Source: Stramenopiles sp. TOSAG23-2
Lineage: Eukaryota
Direction: 5' to 3'
Length of the DNA stretch: 47,380 nt
Assembly (NCBI GenBank): GCA_900128395.1
Contig: LT649276.1
Location: 1 to 47,380, forward strand
Part shown: positions 21,099 to 32,298 of the stretch, one piece after another
Layout: each line of letters begins with the position of its first letter
Position numbering within the stretch: position 1 is the first letter of the stretch
Notes under the pieces: model-generated
The model's database searches: none
What the model saw: the letters and a program-made list of their open reading frames with translations, nothing else
Told to the model about the DNA's origin: nothing
Program-made: the position numbers and the translations under genes

Positions 21099-23960
21099 AT
21101 GTATGTACGATTAGTTTTATTCATACTTGTTACATTTTACAATTACGGTGGTATTTTGGCTGCTGGAATGTTAGCACATACTTTAGTTGGATATCGTACT
21201 ACCAAATATTTTGCTGAAGTTACACCAACTGCATCACCCAGAAATTTTAAAAAATACAATGATGCAATCATAAATAATTTTGAAGCTGTTGATGGTGGAA
21301 GCGATTTTCCAGATTTTTTATACGCATGTGGCAAATACAGTGATCATCATGATGCCGCTGAAGCGGCACACTGGCCACCGTTTCATGCTGCGTTCATCAA
21401 TTATATTCGATCATCTGTTCCTAATTTCAGAGAGGATGACTGGAGTGAGGAAACAAAAAAATTAGTTGCATTTCTATATGGTGTAGCTGTGCACTACAAT
21501 GCAGATGAAATATGGGAAGGTCTCACCGATGAACTTGGGAATGGATATGGATTCATTCGTGCATTGGCCATTATGAATGAAAATGCACCCGGAACCAGCG
21601 GAGCATTAGAAGGTCCTGCCAACAATGCAGCTGATTTTTATATCAGTTATAACTATGATTTAGATCATATCAAACCATGGGATAGATATTTTCCACTGGA
21701 AGATATGGTTAACGTATTTCATTTAACGCCAAAGAATAGTACTAATAATTTTACAGATGTTACATTGCAATCGTTAAAAAATTGTAGAATACTGTTTGAC
21801 TTAGGATTGTGGGCGGAGAAAGTGTTTGGAAAATTCATGTTTCATTTGTATGTTGCCGAAATCAAGCAACTACCATTTGTCGCAGAAAATCTTTTGAATT
21901 ATCCCATCGGTGGACTAGACTACATGTCTTTAAGGGCTAATTATGTATGGCAACGAATTGCAAGATGGCTTGATGTTGGAGCACCTGCAATGCCCCCACC
22001 AAATGTAGATGATGATGATCAAGACGATCGAACAAATCACAAAATTTTCCAATCAATGAAAGAATTTCTTCCATATACTAGTAAAATAAAAAAATTTATT
22101 ACCTCGTTGAAAATTAAGAACATGCATGCTGGAGAGTTATTTGATTTTATTGATATAAAAAATGTCAAAAAAGGCATATTTTTCAAAAAGAATAATACAA
22201 TACTAGTAACAGAAGAAATGGAAGATGTTTTATGTAATATGCTTTTAAAATTGATCCAAATAAAGCTTAATTACAGTATTGACGTAAAAATTTATAGACG
22301 GAGAGATTTAATTCCAAAAGAATCATTGTTAAAATTTAAAGGTAGTAGCTTTAGAACGTTTGATAGCATAGCCAGCGATTCAACAATTGTTGGTGGTGTT
22401 GAAAATGTTGGTTATACTGGCCACGCTATTGCATCCGGAGATTTCAATGATGATGGCATACAAGATTTTGTATACAGTGCTTATGGCGAAGGCATTAAAG
22501 GCACTTCACCTCAGTCCGGAAATGTTTATATTTGTTATAGTGGCATTGATTGCAATGGAACGAATCAAAAATCACTACAAGTATTGTATGGGGATAAGTT
22601 GAAACAAGAACGATTTGGATTTACGTTGGAAGTGTTGGATTATAATCTAGACGGAGTAGATGTAAGTAAAAAGTAATATTTTTTCTTTTTGGTCCTTCTA
22701 ATACTAAAAGTTTCTCTAACATTGTATATTCGTTTATTTCATGTTTGAAAACTTCAATAGGATCTTGTTGTTGGTGCGCCGCTTTCTTCTTTTCAAAATT
22801 CTGAAATTCCCGTCCCGTTTGATTCACAACCTGACTATAGAGCTTACGGAAAAATTTATATTTATTATGGGCGAAAAGGTACCGGATTAAGTAATGGAAA
22901 TCGTATTGATTTATATACAAAGAAACGTTTTAGTGTGATAGGTTCCGTACTGTCTAAAGGTGATGTTGACTTAGACGGTAATGACGATCTAATTGTAGCG
23001 GCTCCATACTCACCAATGGATGTTAAAAATAATAGTAAAGTATTTGAACCTTTAACAGGATCACTTTATGTTATAAAATCTTCACCAACGAATACAAATA
23101 AAAACGAATTTAGTACCGACGGTGTGACAAGCACGTATGATATATCCACCATTGCTTATGCAGTGATAAATGGTGGATCGAAATATGATTTATTTGGCGC
23201 GTCAATATCAATTGATAACGAACGGGTATATGTTGGTGCTCCAGGCCATCGTGCTCAATACAAAGGAGACAGTTCTAACACAACAACTGTTGGATGTATA
23301 TATGGATATAAGCTACCCTTAATACCTTCAAATCATGAAAACAGTGATTTTAGTATTATATCACCAATTCTCCAAATAATTGGTAAGGATAGATTAGGGG
23401 AATTTGGAAAAGCAATAGCGAAACCTCTTGGGCACAATTATTTAATAGTAAGTGCCCCAGCATCTACGATAAGTGAAAAAGTAAAGCAAGCTGGATTAAT
23501 TTATGTTTTCGAAAATATCAATGGAACGAATGGAATTGTTGACTTATTCAATTCACCTTTGATATCACTCTCACCTGTATCATACAGTGTCATTGCAAGC
23601 TCTACTTCATTTGCCAGATTTGGTCAAAAATTATTTATGCATGATATAGATAATGATGGCAATTTAGATTTGTTAATTTCATCACCAATGTTTACAAGCG
23701 ATATGGCAATTTTTGAAAAAAGAGAACTTGGAGCAGTTTATGTATACAAAAACTTCGACCATTTCTTTCTGGAAAAAAATCTAACATCAAATGACGCAAG
23801 CATAATTTTGTATGGACGTAATAGAGGTGGACGTTTTGGCTCTGCAATTTGTAGTGGCAGAAACAGCAGTAAGAATAATTTGTTGATGATTTCATCTCCA
23901 TATGCGAGTGTAAATAATTTAGAGATGAATGGCATAGTAGAACTATACGTGGATGTATGA
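21099..23960 (+). CDS. GPLD1: GPI-specific phospholipase D-like protein (Zn-dependent PLC domain + FG-GAP repeats); exons 21099-22661 and 22761-23960, ~920 aa
   Basis: Signal peptide, GSDFPD, EAAHWPPF, FLYGVAVHYNAD and several FG-GAP repeats. Splicing joins LDYNLDGVD to DLVVGAP in frame with the 22935 ORF. Confidence 0.85.
22662..22760 (+). other. Spliceosomal intron (99 nt, phase 0)
   Basis: GTAAGT donor at 22662, T-rich body, AATAG acceptor ending at 22760. Removal restores an FG-GAP repeat. Confidence 0.9.
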
Positions 23961-24036
23961 TAGGATAATTAAAAAGATGAAAACTACGAAAAAGATTGTT
24001 TTTTTAATATGCATTAATACAATGTGTACGCGTATT

Positions 24037-26172
24037 TTAGTTTGCTGAAGGAAGCTTTCGTGATGCCTCCCTTGTTACCTTATTTACAAAAAAATCCGAC
24101 CCATCAATATGAACATGTCTCTCCCAACCTTGTGGTGGTGCCATGCGTTCTCGACTTTGACTTGATTTCCTAGATTGTCTTGACAATGATCTAACTAATT
24201 CCATCGGTCCTCCAGCATGATTGTTTTTCATTGTAGCGGAAGTTGACATTCCTAGTTTCCTTCTGTAGCCAAATCCTACAACAGGTGATTTGTCATGTTT
24301 TATTGCTGGAATAGGAACAGTATATTTATTCCCTATGTGACTTGCCGATCGACTCTTTCTTAATGTGTCAACTGGATGAAAAATTGAATCACGAGATCTC
24401 TTCTTATTATTAGAATGTTTTGTTGTTTCCAATTTACTGTTGGTGTTTTTAGTACTACGTTTCAATGCTAACATATGTGCTTTTAGCTCTTTTTCCTGTT
24501 GTTTTGAATATACCTCGTCTTGAATCAATTTCTCTTCGCTAGTTGAGATCGCCTTTTTATTTTCTTTTAGCATGTACAATAACTTTAATCGCATAACTTC
24601 TTTTTCATATTCCATAATTGCTTGTTTTGATGGTCCTAAAACCATATCGTTCAGGTTGCCGATTGGCATTCGTATGGGTTTTGGATCACTGTCAAGTTTA
24701 TACATAGGATTCATTTTTTTAGTTTTAGGGTCCATTTTCAAACGTTCCCCAGAACCTTTTGATCTTTGACGAGATATTTTCATACCTTCTTGAACCAGCG
24801 TAGCGTCAGAATGATCCCAAGGGAGAAGGATGCTACTGCCTTCTTTTTTAATGTAATCATCTTCAGCTATATTATTACTAATAATGACGCTATTATTGAC
24901 ATCGATGGGCTGTGTGTCTTCCTCTTTTTGTTCATTTGCAGGATTTTCTACATTACCAATAATATCTTTGAGAGGATTCTTATTGTCATCGTTGCTTAGA
25001 CTTACTTCCTTTTCTTCCTTCGATTCATTGGCTGACTCAGATTTGCTTACTGCACGTTTAATTTGAGCTGCTTTTCGCGTGGGACTAGTAATGTTTAGTT
25101 CGCTAGCATTTCCATATATGCGCTGTCTTTCAAGTTCACTTACTGCGCCTTCGATATCTATGTGATTATTATTTTTTCGTTGTGGTGAGCCTTTCCTTAT
25201 TTGATTCATTGATAAGTTTGGTTTACTTCTACCGCTTTTAATAGACTTCTTCAGCATAAGTGAATCATCATTTCCTATCGTTTTAAATCCCGGAGACCCA
25301 AGTTCTTTACTCCAATCTTCTAGTAATCCTGGTGTTTTGCTATGTTTTAACTTCGTGGCCGGAGCGGATGATGGGCGTTTTGTATATATTTTTTTATCCA
25401 TTAAAGTATCTTTGATGGATGGCTTCGTCATTTCCCACTCTAAATCCCTTGGACTTGTATTCATTAAATCAATCTTAAAATCACCAGTTTTAATTTTTGA
25501 TCTTGTGACAGTAACTTTATATTGTTTTACATCAGTTTCTCCTTCCGTAATACCCATTATCATATTTTTATTATCATTAATTTTATTTTTGCTTGATTGT
25601 GTGACAATTCTTTTCGTTGGTTCTGATACAACATATGGCTTACGACGAACTTTTATTTTCTTTCTTCGTTTTATTTTTTTCACTTTCAGTGGCGATTGAT
25701 ATCGTTTTATACTATTTAATCTACTTTCTTTTTCTGCTTTCACTTGGTCTAATGATTTATGAGTAATACCAGGTCTAAAAGACAACATTATCAACAGCCG
25801 TTGCTTCTGTTTATTTACCATTTCGGTCATACGCTTTTCCCTTGCTTTTAATACTGTTCCATATAATTCTGCAGACTTAAGCTCTTCGCTCATGCTATTT
25901 TCTTCGGGCCAATGCTTTTGTACCGGCGTATGCGCAACTCCCTTCCGTATACCAGAAGATGATCTACTAATCCTAAAAGTTTCACCTTCAATAACAGGCC
26001 TTGGAGGCCAAGTGAATTCTTCAGCTACTTCGTTTTGAAGCACCATCGCTTGTTTTGGAAATGAGACTAAAACTTTCTTCACAAATCCGTCATTTGTAAC
26101 TTGGACAGCCCCCAGCCCAGTGTCACTTCCAGCATCCATATGATCATCTAAGATCTCGCTATCATGAATCAT
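24037..26172 (-). CDS. Low-complexity basic protein with C-terminal WW-like domain
   Basis: 711-aa ORF ending PPQGWERHVHIDGSDFFVNKVTREASRKLP; the second Trp is replaced. Confidence 0.7.
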   Translation of the reverse strand: MIHDSEILDDHMDAGSDTGLGAVQVTNDGFVKKVLVSFPKQAMVLQNEVAEEFTWPPRPVIEGETFRISRSSSGIRKGVAHTPVQKHWPEENSMSEELKSAELYGTVLKAREKRMTEMVNKQKQRLLIMLSFRPGITHKSLDQVKAEKESRLNSIKRYQSPLKVKKIKRRKKIKVRRKPYVVSEPTKRIVTQSSKNKINDNKNMIMGITEGETDVKQYKVTVTRSKIKTGDFKIDLMNTSPRDLEWEMTKPSIKDTLMDKKIYTKRPSSAPATKLKHSKTPGLLEDWSKELGSPGFKTIGNDDSLMLKKSIKSGRSKPNLSMNQIRKGSPQRKNNNHIDIEGAVSELERQRIYGNASELNITSPTRKAAQIKRAVSKSESANESKEEKEVSLSNDDNKNPLKDIIGNVENPANEQKEEDTQPIDVNNSVIISNNIAEDDYIKKEGSSILLPWDHSDATLVQEGMKISRQRSKGSGERLKMDPKTKKMNPMYKLDSDPKPIRMPIGNLNDMVLGPSKQAIMEYEKEVMRLKLLYMLKENKKAISTSEEKLIQDEVYSKQQEKELKAHMLALKRSTKNTNSKLETTKHSNNKKRSRDSIFHPVDTLRKSRSASHIGNKYTVPIPAIKHDKSPVVGFGYRRKLGMSTSATMKNNHAGGPMELVRSLSRQSRKSSQSRERMAPPQGWERHVHIDGSDFFVNKVTREASRKLPSAN

Positions 26173-27018
26173 GATGTAAACTTATTATATTGTATATCGC
26201 TTTTAACTATTTCTTGAAAATAATAAATGGTGTATATCCAGCACAAAATGTAATTATATAAATAAAAAGATTTAACCAATATTTTGCACTTTTAATAAAT
26301 TAGATAAATATATATAAAAAAAAATAATAATAATAATATTTTTTAAAAAAATACTGGAATAATAATAATATTAGTATAAGTAGTGAACTAGTATTACAAT
26401 ACAGTAGTGATAGCACAAAATAGATATAATAGGAATGGGCCCGAGCCCGAGATACTACACGAGGAGTAAAAAGTCATTAAAATGTTTAACCGTATAATAG
26501 AAAAGTCTGTCCAGCTGTGTGCTGCTGGTGTGTGTGCAGGTGTGGGTTTTTATAATATTAATAGTATCAAGTTAAAGTGTGCATTCTTCTAATTTTTTTT
26601 CTATGCTATGCCAGTATGCCAGTATGCACCTATATTATTATTATATTTTTTTTTTCTTATAATAGTACCAGGTAAAGCTGGTAGCTAAGCTGGTATGCTG
26701 CTAAGTGCTCAATAATAATATCATCATCAATTAAATAAAAAAAATATTATTAAAGTCTAAATAAATGTCTTATATAAAAAAGTGCCATACATACTATACA
26801 TACTATTAACACATACTATACTAAATAAAATCATCATTACATCATTTTCAAAATATAGTAACATAGACTTCAACTCTATCAAAAGTAACGAAAATCTAGA
26901 ATTTCAAACTATCATATCTAAGCACAATTACAAAACCTTGCATTCCCATTTACAATTAGAACTACTCATGGTTACTGACGTCCAGTCCAGAAACGAAAAA
27001 CCATAGATTTAGTCCGCA

Positions 27019-29697
27019 ATGTCCGTAAACGCTGATGGTGTGTATAAAAGTGCAAAGTTAGGGAAAGCAGCGGGGAGAAAAGACGATGGTACCTACAAAA
27101 TCAAACCAGTTCCAAAGATTCATATTGATGCTGGGGATGCATATTTTCTAGCTAAAGGCAGTCGTCCATTTGGTAGAAGGAAAGGAGGACCATTATTAGA
27201 TGAGTTATCAATAGCAAATGAAAAAATGAGGAAAGAGCAAATAGAAGAGGAGGAACGTATGAGAAAACAAAAGGAGGAGGACAGAATACGCATGGAAAAA
27301 GAGGCTGATGAGTTTGCAAAGCAATTAGAAGCAGAAGCACTGGAAAATGTCCACGCACCACCAAAAAAAGAGAGAGATTCTAGTGAAAATACCAACAAGG
27401 TTAAAAATGATAAGAAAATGAAAAAAAGGGATAAAAATATACTAAGTGAACAAAAAGACATAGAAAAGTCTCAAATTGACGAAAGCCCAGAAAGTGTTGA
27501 TGATGACAGACCAATCGTAAGAGAACTACCATTGAGTGTTTTAGCCCCGCGAAATGAATTACCAACCTCTCCATTTAAAGCTGATTTATCTGGTTGGTTT
27601 CAAAAGCTAGAAGGTTTACAAAAAGACTTGACGCAAGTAGAAAGTGTACAAGTTAAACCGTTGAAGGAGAAATTAGAAAAAATAGTAGAAGAATTGAAAC
27701 GTTCAAAGGACTTGGCAAGTAAATACAAAAGTAGATCTCATACCTTGGATAGTGATGTCAAACGACTTCAAAAACAATATGCTAATGTAAAAGAAAAATT
27801 CAATAAGTTTAAAGACGAATCACATTATGAAGTAACAGGATTAAAGTTTAAAGTGGAAGAATTACAAAATATTGTGAATAAAGGAACAAAAAAATTAGAG
27901 GCAAAATTAGAGAATGTAACAAAAAAATATAATGATACATTTGGTCTTTTAAGACTTGAACAAAAAAAAGGTCGGGATAATTTAACAAAACTGAAGAAAG
28001 CAGAAGCCATGAGTAGGTCTTTGAGTGAGAAAGCAACGAAAAGTGAAGAAGTAACTAAGAAAATAAAAAAGCAAGCAAATGTAATGAAGATGAAGCTTGC
28101 TGCAATAAAATCAAAGGTACAAGAATTGGAAAATGTAAAGGATCTGGTAAGCAAACAAGCCGAAAATGAGGAGAAATTAGAAAACGAGCGGAAAAAGCTT
28201 TTAAATAAGATTTCTGATTTGGAAAATGATATAATTAAACGCGGCAAAAAAGCTGTTGAAGAACGTGAAAAATTAGAGTTTGAAATTGCAGAATTAAAAG
28301 TTCAATGTGCAAAGGGAACAGCAACAGAGTCACGCGGAAAAAAACGGTTTGAAAAGAAAATCAGACAATTGGAAAGTATGACCAAACAGACAGAAAAGAG
28401 CAAAGTAAAAATGGAACTGCAATATAAGGAGAAGTTGAACAAAACAATATCTGAAAGCAAAACTATTATTTCAAGTCTAAAATCGAAATTAAAAGTCAAA
28501 GAAGATACGCTACGTCAAACACATTTAGAATTGAAGGATATGGAACGTAAACGACAAGATGAAACAAGTCATTTAAGCAAGGAATTAGGAACATTAGATG
28601 CAACGTATGCACACTTGCTTGTTAAACATAAAAAAATTGTAAAAAATTATACTGGCGAAATTGAAAGTTTAGAACATAAGTTTGTAACTGCAAATCGTTT
28701 AAAAGAAGAAGAAGCAATATATTTAAACAAAAAAATAGAATCGCTTGAAAAGAAAATAAGGGAATCAACTTCTATTAATATGGCATCTACGGAAAAGCAA
28801 ACAAATGAAATAGAACGCTTACGAAGTTGGAACAAAGAGCTGGAAAGTCGCATGGTGATTGTGAGAAAGGAATACGAAAGTAAAGAAGAAAATATTAAAA
28901 ATGAACTATCGCAACAAGTAGAATTGTTGCAACAAAATGTAAATACACAAACAGCAGAAATTGATTTATTGACAAAGCGAAACCAATTGTTACAAGAGGG
29001 AAACGAATCTTTGCGAAAGGCAAGAGAGGATGAGAAGAAGAAAATGCTAAAAGAAATGGAACAGCTTGAAAATGATGCATGTGCAAAAATGGATACTTTA
29101 AGTCAAGAAAATGATGACTTACGAGAACATATATCAGTATTAAATTTTGGCATAATAGAAACTGATAAATCATATCAAGATGAAAAACAATTATTAAATA
29201 GACAAATCGAAATACTGAAAACCGAAAAGAAGGATGCATATGCATTTAAATATATGGACGATGAAGATAGTAAACTTATGAAAGCTGTTGTACAACTTGC
29301 AGAGGCACAATCAAAAGCAAAATCGGCCATCGTAGAAGCTGATGTCATTAAACAGAAGCTGAAATATATTCAAGAAGATTTTGAAAAAGAACGTGCTGAC
29401 TTTAAATTAAGAGAACGTATGTCCATGAAAAAAAATATTGATATGGGTGAACAACTTTCAGCTGCAAAAGAAGAATCTTATAATTTGTTAGATAAATTGA
29501 AGAAGAAGGATGAATCATTGCTACAAACACAAAAAAAGTTGGATACGGAAATTCATCGTGGAGATTGTTTACAAACAAAATATGATACAACTGTTGAAAG
29601 AATGAAAGAAGCTTTAAAAGAGGATGAAAGAAAAATCATATTATTATCGGAGCAAATTGCTATTTTTTCAAATGATAGTTTTCGATTAATATTGTAA
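27019..29697 (+). CDS. Long coiled-coil protein of unknown function
   Basis: 892-aa E/K/L-rich ORF with heptad periodicity. Confidence 0.75.
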   Translation: MSVNADGVYKSAKLGKAAGRKDDGTYKIKPVPKIHIDAGDAYFLAKGSRPFGRRKGGPLLDELSIANEKMRKEQIEEEERMRKQKEEDRIRMEKEADEFAKQLEAEALENVHAPPKKERDSSENTNKVKNDKKMKKRDKNILSEQKDIEKSQIDESPESVDDDRPIVRELPLSVLAPRNELPTSPFKADLSGWFQKLEGLQKDLTQVESVQVKPLKEKLEKIVEELKRSKDLASKYKSRSHTLDSDVKRLQKQYANVKEKFNKFKDESHYEVTGLKFKVEELQNIVNKGTKKLEAKLENVTKKYNDTFGLLRLEQKKGRDNLTKLKKAEAMSRSLSEKATKSEEVTKKIKKQANVMKMKLAAIKSKVQELENVKDLVSKQAENEEKLENERKKLLNKISDLENDIIKRGKKAVEEREKLEFEIAELKVQCAKGTATESRGKKRFEKKIRQLESMTKQTEKSKVKMELQYKEKLNKTISESKTIISSLKSKLKVKEDTLRQTHLELKDMERKRQDETSHLSKELGTLDATYAHLLVKHKKIVKNYTGEIESLEHKFVTANRLKEEEAIYLNKKIESLEKKIRESTSINMASTEKQTNEIERLRSWNKELESRMVIVRKEYESKEENIKNELSQQVELLQQNVNTQTAEIDLLTKRNQLLQEGNESLRKAREDEKKKMLKEMEQLENDACAKMDTLSQENDDLREHISVLNFGIIETDKSYQDEKQLLNRQIEILKTEKKDAYAFKYMDDEDSKLMKAVVQLAEAQSKAKSAIVEADVIKQKLKYIQEDFEKERADFKLRERMSMKKNIDMGEQLSAAKEESYNLLDKLKKKDESLLQTQKKLDTEIHRGDCLQTKYDTTVERMKEALKEDERKIILLSEQIAIFSNDSFRLIL

Positions 29698-29805
29698 AAA
29701 AAATTCAGGGGAACATAAAACTTTTCATGTACATGATAGATCCCTTAAATACTGAGTCCCGTTATTATACCTTAAATATAAATTTAAATTGATCGTCGTA
29801 TCGTC

Positions 29806-29823
29806 CAGAGAGAATTCTCTCCG
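29806..29823. repeat. 18-bp near-perfect palindrome flanked by an imperfect 9-bp direct repeat
   Basis: CGTATCGTC-CAGAGAGAATTCTCTCCG-CTTATCGTC. Confidence 0.6.
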
Positions 29824-30403
29824 CTTATCGTCGTCGATCGTTCAGGAGATATGATGTATGCTTATTAGGAATTCACCTAAATATAAAATTCATATACTAA
29901 GCACCCTCCCTGTGTTCAACTGATTGGCTATATACAATCAACCCGGTCATAGGCACTTCCATTTTTCCTATTCTATACATATTAACACAGCACTGCAATA
30001 TAAAAATATCCGTATCAATATGAAATTGTAGGCTTGTTACTATATAACGGTCATGGATTTTAACTGATTTGGTGTGATTATTTTTATTTCCCATTGTATT
30101 TCAATGCTAATTTCTGCCACATGCAGCTAATTTATTATTTTTGATTCCCTTTGCCAATTTGTACCAAGTATAGCAACTAGAGCAACTGCTAGACGACTAC
30201 TCAGTATTATAAACAAAAAACTTCCCAATTTAAAGCTCCACGAGATCTCCACTTTTGTAAGAGGAAAAGTTCTGAAATTAATTTTTGAGCTCGAGTCACT
30301 GCTTCAAAAAAATTGTTTAAAAGCTTAAATAGGCTACTATATATTTCAACATTGGCTAAATAAATGGTAAAACTTAAAACACAGCCAGAAGAATTGACAG
30401 AAG

Positions 30404-31540
30404 ATGACATCTTATATACTCCCATCATCATTGCCACTGGAGCATGTCGTAAAAGTCACGCCATTTCCCAATCCAAAAGTGACAAATCACGTAGTTAGTT
30501 TATCAGAGATAACTAGTGGAAAACCGTCAGTATTACATTTGTATACTGGGTGAGGCGGATGCTGGCCGTGTGCTTCCTTCATGGAAGACCTTGCGTCCAG
30601 CGAAAAATATTCAAAAGTAAATTTTGTCACAATATCATGTAGTGGACCTCAACATGCTACGGTATTTGCATCACGTTTGCAACTACAGCATGTAGTGAAC
30701 ACTGTAGCTACTGAAAATCCAGCTTGGGGGCAGCTTGGCTGTAGCGGCTATATTATTTTAGATAAACGTGGAAACGTTGTATGTGATAAGACCATGGCGT
30801 TTATGGAATATCAAGAATCAGCTTTTGAAAATCTTATGGATACTCTTGATATTGTTATGACTCCAGGAGCCTCGACGGAAACAATAGTAGAGCGTTTACA
30901 AAATATGTCGAAACAAGAAACAAAGACGAATGCTAATAATAATAATAATAATACTTGTTCCAATGGAATGTGTAGCTTACCAACAAAAAATGCAAAAAAT
31001 GAAGAAGCAAAAAAGAAAATATCATCATGTTCCTCTAATAATGGTGGTGGTTGTTCAAATGGTAATTGTTCTATAGAAGCAAGGAATAAGAGCGAGGAAG
31101 CTGTTCCAGAATTAGCAGATATTGTCTCTGTACAAAATGCTGAGCTTGATCGGCAACATCGTTTATGTGCTGATGCACTTGAGCAATTGCGTCTGAAAGG
31201 GGATACCTCTAGTCTTAAAGAAGTTTTACGATGTTATAAAATGCACTTTGAATATGAAGAAAATCTGCTTGATGTGCATTTATATAAAGACATCATTGGT
31301 GAAAAAAATCAAAGCAATGGTTTTTCAGCTGCCGATGGTGCTCGAAAAAGTCATTACAGGGATCATGAAAGGCTGATAAGTGATATTGAAAAAATACTTA
31401 GCAATATTGAATGTAACGAGGAGGATAATAATCCATGTCTGTCGTCAAAGTTTATTTCTGAAGTCCTTAGAAACTTTGAACGTCATGCAAATGTTTATGA
31501 TGATAGCTATGCAGATGCATTAAGCACTGCTTTACAATAA
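30404..31540 (+). CDS. Selenoprotein: thioredoxin-like (UxxC) domain fused to hemerythrin; 378 aa, Sec at codon 50 (TGA 30551-30553)
   Basis: The frame upstream of the 30581 ORF reads MTSYILP...GKPSVLHLYTG-TGA-GGCWPCASFMEDL. The C-terminus has the hemerythrin ligands H, HFEYE, HYRDH and HANVYD. A SECIS lies in the 3' UTR. Confidence 0.88.
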
Positions 31541-31616
31541 ATATTATATAAGGCAAAAAAATATTCGTTATGGTTTTTATTTTTCTTTCTTTTTGAATTA
31601 TCATTATTATAATATT

Positions 31617-31696
31617 GAGGCAAAGATATGACGGAATTATTTTTTAAAAAAAAATATTAAAAAATATATAAGAAATATTTCCCGAGCTTTTGCCCT
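31617..31696 (+). promoter_or_regulatory. Eukaryotic SECIS element (probably type II)
   Basis: Helix I GGCAAAG/TTTTGCC; core ATGAC (31628-31632) and CGAG (31683-31686); 13-bp helix II GGAATTATTTTTT/AAGAAATATTTCC with one mismatch; apical A-run and ATATT/AATAT mini-stem. Confidence 0.88.
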
Positions 31697-31834
31697 TTTT
31701 TTTTATGGATAACACGTATATCAGGGTATAAATTATTAGAGATGAGAGAGAAAAGGAGTTTGTATTAAATATTATGATATCAAAAAGAAGTCTTTTATTT
31801 TATTTATAATAACGTGTATTATAATATTGAATTT

Positions 31835-32173
31835 ACGCATAATTTATTTTTTAATTTACTCATGATAATTCCTACTTCTTCAAAAGAATAAGGCAATAAT
31901 ATCTAGATCTCACACTATCATATGATATATTATTATATATACAAAATATATGAGTAAGAGAACATTTTATATATACTTCTTCGTATATATTTCGTAATAT
32001 ATATATATGATTATACAACTGCAAGTTGATACTCAATCTATTTACCTTCATTGGTATTCTCTATTATGAGAACATCAACACACCAGTATGAGATAGATAT
32101 TATTGTGTCAGTTATTGTATTCTTTTGAAGAAGTAGGAATTATCATGAGTAAACTAAAAAATAAATTATGCGT
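31835..32173. repeat. 56-bp inverted repeat (55/56 identical) around a 227-bp spacer; MITE-like or paired 3' elements
   Basis: 31835-31890 is the reverse complement of 32118-32173 with one mismatch. Confidence 0.9.
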
Positions 32174-32298
32174 GTAAAATTAAATTAATATTTTAATAAT
32201 ATATATCATAATATATATATCATATTTCGTATATATATATATATATCATATTTTATATATATATACTACACACACATCTTACACACATCTCATGAACA

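Noticed and set aside
22621-22935. Apparent split or pseudogenisation of GPI-PLD into two ORFs
   Set aside because: Explained by a canonical 99-nt GT-AG intron.
30551-30553. Alternative genetic code (TGA reassigned)
   Set aside because: TGA terminates several genes normally (E(z), helicase, GPI-PLD, GGACT); this one is explained by a SECIS.
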